DNA of 64,000 nt from Chromatiales bacterium (lineage in GTDB: Bacteria > Pseudomonadota > Gammaproteobacteria > RBG-16-57-12). The stretch covers positions 695-64,694 of the forward strand of contig JALSJH010000060.1 of the NCBI GenBank assembly GCA_026989455.1, read 5' to 3'. The position numbers were made by a program, and so were the translations under genes. Numbering within the stretch: position 1 is the first letter of the stretch; each line of letters begins with the position of its first letter. Shown here piece after piece: positions 9,853 through 17,606 of the stretch. Under the pieces are notes generated by a model. It was given only the letters and a program-made list of their open reading frames with translations, did not search any database and was not told the DNA's origin.

Positions 9853-10775
9853 CCTGGCTCCTTATTGGTGCGGGGACGATAGCCCAAAAATAGCGCCGCA
9901 AGGGTAACCGCGATAGAGAGCGTGGCGGCCACCTCTAACAGAAGAATCAATTTACCGGCGTGTTGTGGCGGATAGGCCAGCAGTTGGGCATCCAGCAGGG
10001 TTAGCCCGGCAAGGGCAACAAAAGTGGCAGGGCCCGCCACTAGCATCAGCCTTAGTGCCACGCCGGTTAATAGACCTTGAAGTGGCCAACCGGCCAATAA
10101 CAGCAGTACCATCGCTGCCGCCAGCACTGCGCCTGCCTGAAAAGCACCACCCGGCGCATCGGCACCTGCCCAGAGAAGATAGGCGGCCACCAGAATCAAT
10201 AGCGGGGTTAAAAACTGCACCAGCGTGGTGAGCACCGGACCAACTGGCTCCTCTCGCGTGGATCTCTCTATACCCAGTGACCAGACCCCCAGCAGTGCCA
10301 GCATCAATACCATTAATTCAAGCAGGGTATCGTAACCGCGAAAATTGAGCAGCACCGCAGTAACTGGGTTATTCACGCCGCTACTGGCAAGATTATTGGC
10401 AATTTCTGCACTCAACCCTGGTGCACTCTCTGGCAATGAGTGCACCACATAACCCAACCCGGCAGCAACCAATAGCAGTGCTAGGCGCAACAGCCAGTGC
10501 CCTTTTTCATCGGCAAGAGGTTCTGACTTATCCCGCGATGGTAATTTCGCCAGCGCTGCCATTAAGAGTGCGCCGGTTAACCCCGCGCCAATCGCCGCCT
10601 CTGCCAGCGCCACATCGGGTGCATCTAAGCGTACCCAAGCGAGTGCCATTAACAGGCCAAAGGCGACAAACAGCACTACCGCCTTGAATAGATTCCGACT
10701 CTCAAGCAGCTGCCAAGCCAGCCAAAGCAGACCAAGCCCTAGCAGCAGATCAAACAGCATGATTAGCAGAGTCAC
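9849..10775 (-). CDS. mrpB: Mrp/Mnh subunit B fused to an MbhD/MrpA-C-terminal-like (DUF4040-type) N-terminal domain
   Basis: MnhB signature NPVTAVLLNFRGYDTLLELMVL in the C-terminal half and an extra 4-TM N-terminal half. Start uncertain: GTG 10775 gives a GTGA overlap with the mrpG stop, and ATG 10760 is the alternative. The track start at 10862 lies inside mrpG. Confidence 0.7.
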   Translation of the reverse strand: MTLLIMLFDLLLGLGLLWLAWQLLESRNLFKAVVLFVAFGLLMALAWVRLDAPDVALAEAAIGAGLTGALLMAALAKLPSRDKSEPLADEKGHWLLRLALLLVAAGLGYVVHSLPESAPGLSAEIANNLASSGVNNPVTAVLLNFRGYDTLLELMVLMLALLGVWSLGIERSTREEPVGPVLTTLVQFLTPLLILVAAYLLWAGADAPGGAFQAGAVLAAAMVLLLLAGWPLQGLLTGVALRLMLVAGPATFVALAGLTLLDAQLLAYPPQHAGKLILLLEVAATLSIAVTLAALFLGYRPRTNKEPG

Positions 10776-11071
10776 TTTTTCCACGGGCGAACCCCCTGCT
10801 TCAAGGCACCGCTGGCGATCAGATGTGCAACACCGGCACCCGCCAGTAGCACTAACCCCCAAATTAGCAACAATTTCCCCACCACTGCCCAGGATTCTGC
10901 CTGTAGCGCTAACCCCGCAATCATCAGACCCAAGCCGACATTATCTGCTTTAGTAAGGGCATGTAGGCGAGTGTAGAGGTCAGGAAAACGCAACAACCCA
11001 ACGGTGCCAGCCAGGAAGAAAACCGCTCCGGTTATTAACAGGGCGACAGAGAGATAATCACTGGCGCTCAT
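10772..11071 (-). CDS. mrpG: Mrp/Mnh subunit G
   Basis: 99 aa from ATG 11071 (MSASDYLSVALLITGAVFFLAGTVGLLRFPDLYTRLHALTKADNVGLGL), with the typical MnhG LRFPD..R.HA motif. Confidence 0.8.
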   Translation of the reverse strand: MSASDYLSVALLITGAVFFLAGTVGLLRFPDLYTRLHALTKADNVGLGLMIAGLALQAESWAVVGKLLLIWGLVLLAGAGVAHLIASGALKQGVRPWKK

Positions 11072-11324
11072 GGCTCGACCCGATACGCCGCACAAAAGCC
11101 ACTGCGGTTACTGCTGCCAACAGGGCAAACAGCAGTGCCACATCCCGCAACGCAGGCGTGGCAAAGCGCTCTGCCAGTAAAAGTAAAATGGCCACCGCAG
11201 TGGTGCCAAACAGCTGACTGGCCAGCATCCGATCTGCGGCACTCGGCCCGCGCAAAACTCGCCATAGACCCGCCAACAGGTTCAACAGCAGAAAAAAAGC
11301 AACCCCAAGATACAGCATATCCAT
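11058..11324 (-). CDS. mrpF: Mrp/Mnh subunit F
   Basis: 88 aa with three TM helices, MDMLYLGVAFFLLLNLLAGLWRVLRGPSAADRMLA. Position directly upstream of mrpG fits. Confidence 0.75.
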   Translation of the reverse strand: MDMLYLGVAFFLLLNLLAGLWRVLRGPSAADRMLASQLFGTTAVAILLLLAERFATPALRDVALLFALLAAVTAVAFVRRIGSSHERQ

Positions 11325-11333
11325 AAAGTATTA

Positions 11334-11501
11334 CCTAGGAACCTGTCCGAGAATAGAAGCCGTAGCGAGGAGAAGCCGTTTTGAGTCCATTTTTTCGTCA
11401 TTTAAGGCAAATAGTTGTTCATATTTAACGAAAATGAGCGGAAAAATGAGCCAAAAGGGCTTTTTCGCAGTAGGTTCTCTATTCTCGGACAGGCTCCTAG
11501 G
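11334..11501. repeat. Inverted-repeat-bounded element 1 (MITE-like or structured spacer), about 168 bp
   Basis: Left arm cctaggaacctgtccgagaatagaa (11334-11358). Right arm tctattctcggacaggctcctagg (11478-11501) is its reverse complement with one mismatch. AT-rich interior with a short direct repeat agaagccgt. Confidence 0.6.
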
Positions 11502-11656
11502 TCCTGCAAGTGATCGTGCTTGCACGGTGCAACAGATTGATTTGTAGCGGAATTTAAAAATTGAGTGTAATCCTTGTTGTGATTGTCGAAAATTTTAAAT
11601 TTCGATATGGATCAAGAGTTTGTACTGAGTAAGTATGAGCACTTGCAGGATCTAGG
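11496..11656. repeat. Inverted-repeat-bounded element 2, about 161 bp, sharing the CCTAGG junction with element 1
   Basis: cctaggtcctgcaagtg (11496-11512) against cacttgcaggatctagg (11640-11656) is a 17-nt inverted repeat with one mismatch. It ends 2 nt from the usp stop codon. Confidence 0.55.
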
Positions 11657-11658
11657 TA

Positions 11659-12633
11659 CTACTCCACTGGCGAGACAAATCCTTCTGGTTTTATCGCCAT
11701 CACCGAGCACTCAATTTGATTGAGTATCGACTCCGCCGTATTACCCATAATAAAGCCTGGCACACCGGTACGTGCCACCGTGCCCATGACCAGCAGATCA
11801 GCATCGATCTGCTTCGCCAGTCGAGGAACCTCCTTACGCACCCCCCCCTTGATCAGGTGAATTTCGGGTTTGAGCTGATCCAGCGTATCCTGCCCCACTC
11901 TCTCTGCCAGATCACTCATCAGCTGATCAACACTGGCCTGATGTTGCTGGCGCACCTGCTCCACATAAGTGTTAATTTTCTCTTCCGTACTACTCATAAA
12001 TCCGGCACGCATAACCCCTTCACCAATCGCCGCCCAAACATGCACAATATGCAGCTCGGCAGAATTAGAGAGTGCCAATGAACTGGCCATTTCAAGGATT
12101 TGCCGACTGGCGTTGCGCTGCCGGTCGGCTTCTGCCGCAGAATCAGTATCCATATCGACAACATCAACCGCCGCCAGAATACGTTGGTGGTTGGGTGACG
12201 AGTGTGCTTTAACCAGCCAAACCGGACAGGGGCATTTGCGCAGCAAGTGCATATCATCACTACCAAATACCCGGGTCAGCCAATCCTCAGTTTCAGTCAC
12301 CTTAATCACTAGGTCATAGTTGTGACATAACACGGCGCGAATAATCGCCAGAAAAGGCGTTCCCTGCAATACGCTAGTGTGAAGATCAATTCGTTCACGA
12401 TAAGGAGCAACCAACGCCTCTAATTTTTTAGTGTGGAAATTGGTCATCGCCTGCTGCAACTCCTCTCCACTCAGCCCTTCACAGGGCAGATTAGTGCCCA
12501 GTGAAGCCTGCTCAACCACATCAACAACCGTCAGCCTGGCCTGATTATTTTCAGCCAGCAAAACAGCACGCTCTAGCGCGGGTTCGCTCTGCCCCGACGC
12601 TACAACACAAAGGATATTTTTAAATCTTTTCAT
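11659..12633 (-). CDS. Tandem-domain universal stress protein (UspE-like, two USP domains)
   Basis: 324 aa with two USP-like halves (MKRFKNILCVVASG... and HQRILAAVDVVD...LLVMGTVARTGVPGFIMGNTAE). ATGA overlap with the mrpE stop. Confidence 0.8.
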   Translation of the reverse strand: MKRFKNILCVVASGQSEPALERAVLLAENNQARLTVVDVVEQASLGTNLPCEGLSGEELQQAMTNFHTKKLEALVAPYRERIDLHTSVLQGTPFLAIIRAVLCHNYDLVIKVTETEDWLTRVFGSDDMHLLRKCPCPVWLVKAHSSPNHQRILAAVDVVDMDTDSAAEADRQRNASRQILEMASSLALSNSAELHIVHVWAAIGEGVMRAGFMSSTEEKINTYVEQVRQQHQASVDQLMSDLAERVGQDTLDQLKPEIHLIKGGVRKEVPRLAKQIDADLLVMGTVARTGVPGFIMGNTAESILNQIECSVMAIKPEGFVSPVE

Positions 12634-13133
12634 CTTATTCCACTCCGTAATGAAGCATCAAATATATGCGCCACTCGCACTTCCAACTGTCGCAACTCTG
12701 CCAAACAACTCTCCCGCCCGCTTAGCAGGTGCACTTGCAATATATTCTCATCGAGCGCTGCACTCAGTGTACCCGGCAGTAGCGTGACACAATTGAGCAT
12801 CACCACCCGTGATAACCCCGCAGGTAACCGCAACCGGTAGGAGATCAGTGCCGGGGTAATCGGCCGTTGCGGATGAAAAGCACGCCACGCCACATCGACC
12901 CCGCCCAGCAGTGAGCGCAGCAGGAAAAAGGGGATAAACCGAAGCAGTGCGTGCCACACCAGACGCTGTGGCGGTAGTAATAGAGTGCTCACAAACAATG
13001 CCAACGCTATTGCTGGAACCCCAAACCACCAAGAAGCGGCCACACCGCCACTAAGCGACCACCAGATAAATGCTAAAAACAGGCCGCGCAGCAGAAGGGA
13101 TGAGAGCCACGCTTGCTGTCCTCTATCACTCAT
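12630..13133 (-). CDS. mrpE: Mrp/Mnh subunit E
   Basis: 167 aa from ATG 13133, overlapping the kef-type gene stop by 8 nt. MnhE-like segment VMLNCVTLLPGTLSAALDENILQVHLL. Confidence 0.7.
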   Translation of the reverse strand: MSDRGQQAWLSSLLLRGLFLAFIWWSLSGGVAASWWFGVPAIALALFVSTLLLPPQRLVWHALLRFIPFFLLRSLLGGVDVAWRAFHPQRPITPALISYRLRLPAGLSRVVMLNCVTLLPGTLSAALDENILQVHLLSGRESCLAELRQLEVRVAHIFDASLRSGIR

Positions 13134-14790
13134 CACGAGCCTCCTTCTCGGCTGGCTGCAAAAGTCGATCGACTGCCTCACTGGCGGCATCGGCATAAGG
13201 CACCATCACCCGATCAGCACCCGCCTGCTCCAGTCGAGCCGCCTCAATTGCACTGTTTGCAGTCACCGCAATGCGCCCTTGGTAACCGAGATCCTGCAAG
13301 GTATGAATCAGTGAGTGGCTGACATGACGCTCCCGTGCCGTACAGATCACCCATTCAACATTATCCAGCGAGAGAGAAGCGACAAACTCAGGATCCTCCG
13401 CATCGCCAAATAGCACCGGGTGACCCATATCATCCCCGGAGCGAATCAATTCAGGGTTATAATCGATACTCTGCACACGACAGCCGCGCTCCCGCAGCAC
13501 CTGAGTAATACTCGCCCCGTAGCGCCCCATACCAAAAAGGATAATATCACGATCACCACCCCCCGATTCACCCGCCGGCTCCCCCTCCCGAGAGGGGTGC
13601 TTGCGCTCAAAGAGCGATAGCCAGGGAGCCAGGCGCTCATAAATGGGGTGGGAGAAGATAATCATATAGGTCGATACACTGATGGTGATCAACCCCACCA
13701 GCGTAATCAGCCCCATGGTTTCGACATTGATGTGGCCCAGGCTTAAACCCAGCGCCCCTAAGATCAGTGAGAATTCACTGATCTGTGCCACCGTTAATCC
13801 AGCTAAAAAACCGGTTCGTTTTCGATACCCCAAAAACCCCATAATAACCATTACAATCAATGGATTACCGATCAATACAAATAGGGAGAAGATGATCGCT
13901 TCGGGAATTTGTTTCCCCAGCAGAGTAAGATCTAGGCTCGCACCCAAACCGATAAAGAAAAACAGCAGCAAGAAATCCCGCAGGCTCACTAGCCGTGCGC
14001 CCAGCGCATCACGATAAGGGGTGGATGCCAGCGAGACACCGGCCACAAAGGCACCCACCTCTTTACTGAAGCCTAAGGTATCGCCCAACATCGCCAGACT
14101 CACCGCCCAGGCAATACCAAACAGCACCAACAACTCTTGGGAGCTAGCGAGCAGCCCCAGCAGACGCGGCAACAGGTAACGGGTGATCAGAGCCACCACC
14201 ACCAGAAAAGCCACACCCTTTAACAACACCGATAACGCGGCTAGGGAGATCGGCATATCATCGGTCTGCGCTAACGCATTAAGGCCGATCATCACCAACA
14301 CCACAATCAGATCCTGAACAATCAGAAAGCCCAGTGCGATACGCCCGTGCAGGGTATCCACCTCGCGTTTATCCGAGAGCAATTTAACAATGATGATGGT
14401 ACTGGAGAAGGTTAAAGCAACCGCCACATAGAGCGCTGCAACCAGTGACATACCCATCCAGATTGCAATGAGATAACCAAACACACTGGTGAAAACAACC
14501 TGCCCCAGTCCCGTCGCCAGCGCCACCGGACCCATGGTGCGGATAATGTGTAGATCCAGCTTAAGACCCACCACAAACAACAATAGCGTAATACCAAATT
14601 TTGCCAGCAGGTCAATCTGGTCATTAGCACTGACCAGACCCAGCACCGAAGGCCCTACCAATATACCCACGGCAATGAAGGAGACAATCAGCGGCTGCCG
14701 CAAACGCACTCCCACAGCACCCACTGCAGCAGCGATCAATAACAACACCGCCATTTCAGTGAAAATATCAGGAAAAACGCCAACGCTCAC
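13126..14790 (-). CDS. Kef-type (CPA2) monovalent cation:proton antiporter with C-terminal TrkA-N/RCK domain
   Basis: 554 aa with about 12 TM helices of Na_H_Exchanger type, then a Rossmann-like DIILFGMGRYGASI. GTG start at 14790 preceded by a GGGGGGTG SD-like run; ATG 14754 is the alternative. Confidence 0.85.
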   Translation of the reverse strand: MSVGVFPDIFTEMAVLLLIAAAVGAVGVRLRQPLIVSFIAVGILVGPSVLGLVSANDQIDLLAKFGITLLLFVVGLKLDLHIIRTMGPVALATGLGQVVFTSVFGYLIAIWMGMSLVAALYVAVALTFSSTIIIVKLLSDKREVDTLHGRIALGFLIVQDLIVVLVMIGLNALAQTDDMPISLAALSVLLKGVAFLVVVALITRYLLPRLLGLLASSQELLVLFGIAWAVSLAMLGDTLGFSKEVGAFVAGVSLASTPYRDALGARLVSLRDFLLLFFFIGLGASLDLTLLGKQIPEAIIFSLFVLIGNPLIVMVIMGFLGYRKRTGFLAGLTVAQISEFSLILGALGLSLGHINVETMGLITLVGLITISVSTYMIIFSHPIYERLAPWLSLFERKHPSREGEPAGESGGGDRDIILFGMGRYGASITQVLRERGCRVQSIDYNPELIRSGDDMGHPVLFGDAEDPEFVASLSLDNVEWVICTARERHVSHSLIHTLQDLGYQGRIAVTANSAIEAARLEQAGADRVMVPYADAASEAVDRLLQPAEKEARDE

Positions 14791-14981
14791 TGCTTTACAC
14801 CCCCCAATGGGTTAACCCATCAGTGTAATCGTTAAACCAAACAATACGGATAAGACCGTCTACTTTAAAGATAGTTTAGAAACACTTAATTTTCCTCACA
14901 TTTTTAGCCTGTTACACAGAAAAAATCACACCGACTCACTCCATACGAAAACCCTCAACCAAATTAAAAAACCAATCTGAA

Positions 14982-15010
14982 TTGATGTTGAAATATCAAT
15001 TAGTTATAAT
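14982..15010 (+). promoter_or_regulatory. Candidate sigma70 promoter for mscS
   Basis: TTGATG (14982-14987), a 17-nt spacer, then a perfect TATAAT (15005-15010) in the AT-rich kef/mscS divergent intergenic region, about 100 nt upstream of the mscS start. Confidence 0.5.
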
Positions 15011-15113
15011 TTTTTAACAAAATAATCTATCAAACAGGAAAGATAAAAAGAAAGATTGATAGATTTAACTGAAATAAAACTACCTTAACCAACAAAAACA
15101 AGGAGATATGCTA

Positions 15114-15962
15114 ATGGACGCTTTAACCGGCCAACCAGCATCGGATATTTTAAATGTGTACTTGATTCCCTGGGGAATCAAAATTGTTACCGCCATTGCA
15201 ATCTTCATTATTGGTCGTTGGATTGCGCGCGCCGTCACCAAAACTGCCGGGCGCGTTATGGGGAAAAGTGGTGTTGATGAGACCCTGAGCGACTTTCTTT
15301 GCAAGATCATCTACGCCCTATTGCTGATTGCAATCATTATTGCGGCCCTCGAGCAGCTTGGAGTCAACACCACCTCGGCGATTGCCATCTTTGCCGCTGC
15401 CGGTTTAGCCATCGGCATGGCACTTAAGGATACCCTCTCCAACTTCTCTGCCGGCGTGATGCTGATTCTGTTTAAGCCTTTTCAAAATGGCGATTTCATC
15501 GAAGCGGGCGGTGTAACCGGTGTGGTTGAAAAAATCTCTGTCTTCAGCACCATCATGCGCACTGGTGACAACAAAGAGATTATCGTGCCTAACTCTGGCA
15601 TTTATGGCGGCACCATCACCAACTACTCCGCCAAAGAGACTCGCCGTGTTGATATGGTTTTTGGTATCGGTTATGACGACAACATCAAGCAAGCCAAACA
15701 GCTGATTGAACAGATATTGAATGCCGATGAGCGCGTACTTAAAGATCCTGCCCCCACCATTGCAGTGGGAGAGTTGGCCGATAGTAGCGTTAACATCAAC
15801 GTGCGCCCCTGGGTGAAATCAGCCGACTACTGGGGAGTCTACGCCGATACGCTGGAGAACGTAAAAGAGATCTTTGATGCCAACGGCATCAGCATCCCCT
15901 ACCCACAGATGGATGTACACAATCCCGCTGTTCAAACAGAGACCCCTGAAAAGGCGGCCTAG
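15114..15962 (+). CDS. mscS: Small-conductance mechanosensitive channel (MscS family)
   Basis: 282 aa with three N-terminal TM helices and an MscS beta-domain (GDFIEAGGVTGVVEKISVFSTIMRTGDNKEIIVPNS). AGGAGA at 15101-15106 is 7 nt from ATG 15114 and only 1 nt from the track start at 15108, so 15114 is preferred. Confidence 0.85.
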   Translation: MDALTGQPASDILNVYLIPWGIKIVTAIAIFIIGRWIARAVTKTAGRVMGKSGVDETLSDFLCKIIYALLLIAIIIAALEQLGVNTTSAIAIFAAAGLAIGMALKDTLSNFSAGVMLILFKPFQNGDFIEAGGVTGVVEKISVFSTIMRTGDNKEIIVPNSGIYGGTITNYSAKETRRVDMVFGIGYDDNIKQAKQLIEQILNADERVLKDPAPTIAVGELADSSVNINVRPWVKSADYWGVYADTLENVKEIFDANGISIPYPQMDVHNPAVQTETPEKAA

Positions 15963-15990
15963 ACTACCTCACCGATACAGCGATACAACA

Positions 15991-16020
15991 AAGGCCGGGC
16001 GCGTGACTACCCGGCCTTTT
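15991..16020. terminator. Hairpin terminator between convergent mscS and murI (possibly bidirectional)
   Basis: aaggccggg (15991-15999) pairs with cccggcctt (16010-16018): a 9-bp GC-rich stem and 10-nt loop. A T-run follows on the plus strand and tttgttgt on the minus strand. Confidence 0.55.
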
Positions 16021-16106
16021 CACTTCAATCACCCCATCACACAACTTCAAAGCCAGACAGCTTATTCAGATCGAGGAATCTTTGAGGGCACTCTTCTGAG
16101 TAGACG

Positions 16107-16913
16107 TTAAGAATAGCTAAAAGTAGGCAAAGCATGAAGCAGCAAAGGAGCACCCCAGACGCTTTGCAACAGCGACTGCTGTGTTTGCAACTCACCACTA
16201 CTCCAGCAACGCAAAGGTGAGGGCTTAGCCTGTAGGTTGAGTAAATCTCGCTCGGCTAACTGCTGCTGCAAACGCCGTGCAACCGCTGAACCACTCTCCA
16301 CCACCGCGACCCCTTCCCCCGCCCGCTCGGTAATTAATGAACGAATTAACGGGTAGTGAGTACAACCCAAAATCAAGGTATCAATTTGAGCTTGGCGTAA
16401 CGGCGCAAGATATTGATCCAATAACTCACGCAGTGCAACGGAGGAAAAATCACCCGACTCAATCACCTCTACCAAGCCGGGGCAAGCTTGGCTGATAACC
16501 GAAATATGGCGGGCATGTTGACGTAATAAAGATTCATATTTTTTGCTACTCAGGGTACCGGCGGTTGCCAACACGCCCACTCGGCCGGTACGGGTGATCT
16601 CTCCCGCCGGTTTTATAGCAGGCTCCATGGCGATAATAGGTAGGGTATATCGGGCACGCAACGGGCCGATGGCGGCGGCAGTGGCGGTATTGCAGGCCAC
16701 CACAATCGCCTTGGCACCCTGTTCAATCAACCAATCAACACAGACGATACTGCGCTGGCAGATCAGAGTGTGTGGCTTTTCGCCGTAGGGGGCATAGTGT
16801 GAATCGGCAATATAGCAGAGCGATTCGTGGGGCATTAGCTGACGGATTTCGTGCAATACCGATAGACCGCCTAACCCTGAGTCAAAAACACCAATCGGTG
16901 CAGAGGGTGACAT
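16107..16913 (-). CDS. murI: Glutamate racemase
   Basis: 268 aa with IGVFDSGLGGLSVL, catalytic VVACNTA and LGCTHYP motifs. Confidence 0.9.
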   Translation of the reverse strand: MSPSAPIGVFDSGLGGLSVLHEIRQLMPHESLCYIADSHYAPYGEKPHTLICQRSIVCVDWLIEQGAKAIVVACNTATAAAIGPLRARYTLPIIAMEPAIKPAGEITRTGRVGVLATAGTLSSKKYESLLRQHARHISVISQACPGLVEVIESGDFSSVALRELLDQYLAPLRQAQIDTLILGCTHYPLIRSLITERAGEGVAVVESGSAVARRLQQQLAERDLLNLQAKPSPLRCWSSGELQTQQSLLQSVWGAPLLLHALPTFSYS

Positions 16914-16919
16914 CGCCCT

Positions 16920-17387
16920 CTATTCACTCTCAGTGATTTCAGCCGCAGGTTGCTTGGGTTTGTGACGAAAGGCAATGCCACCCACCACCAGCGCACTGGC
17001 CAAGATCGCACCGGTAATAAAAAACTTCACAAAAATAAACGGTAAAAATATCAGCCCAGCACAAATAAGTATCCCGTTATCTGTTAAACCACTACGCCCT
17101 GCAAGCCAGAATATAAGCGGCACCATCAGCAGAAAAAAAACTACATTTTTGGCCAGATACCCCAGCTGATCCGCAACAATATTATCCTTTTTGTTTAACT
17201 CCAAAAGCAGCGCATCCAGTCGCTCTTTTTTCTCAAGATCAACCTCAGGCTCTGCCAGCATCTCTGTATACAGCGCCTGATACTCCAGCATGGTTGATGC
17301 TGAGGTGGGCAAAAGGTAATTGCTCACCAGTAACGCGCCAATCACCGAAAGCCATAACACCAGAAAAATTTTTAAAAACTGCTTCAT
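16920..17387 (-). CDS. Hypothetical membrane protein, probably co-transcribed with murI
   Basis: 155 aa with an N-terminal TM or signal (MKQFLKIFLVLWLSVIGALLV) and three C-terminal TM helices. There is a 6-nt gap to the murI start. No family recognised. Confidence 0.5.
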   Translation of the reverse strand: MKQFLKIFLVLWLSVIGALLVSNYLLPTSASTMLEYQALYTEMLAEPEVDLEKKERLDALLLELNKKDNIVADQLGYLAKNVVFFLLMVPLIFWLAGRSGLTDNGILICAGLIFLPFIFVKFFITGAILASALVVGGIAFRHKPKQPAAEITESE

Positions 17388-17606
17388 GTTGCCACCGCCA
17401 TAAAATTACGCAAAATGTGTGGGCATAATACCTAGGCTTTGGTCAAAAACATAGCCAAAAAAATTCACCTGAGTTGCTATTGAGCCTGAAATTAACCTGT
17501 TTACTGAAAAATCACTCAAAACTAAAAAACAGATAGTCCAGATATTTCATGAAGCGACACAAAGGTCGCACAGAGGTTTAACCCGAATGATTCATAAATT
17601 ATCGGG

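Noticed and set aside
11331-11525. 64-aa ORF on the minus strand inside the inverted-repeat spacer
   Set aside because: It spans both arms of inverted-repeat element 1, has no SD and no recognisable protein features. It is more likely non-coding repeat sequence.
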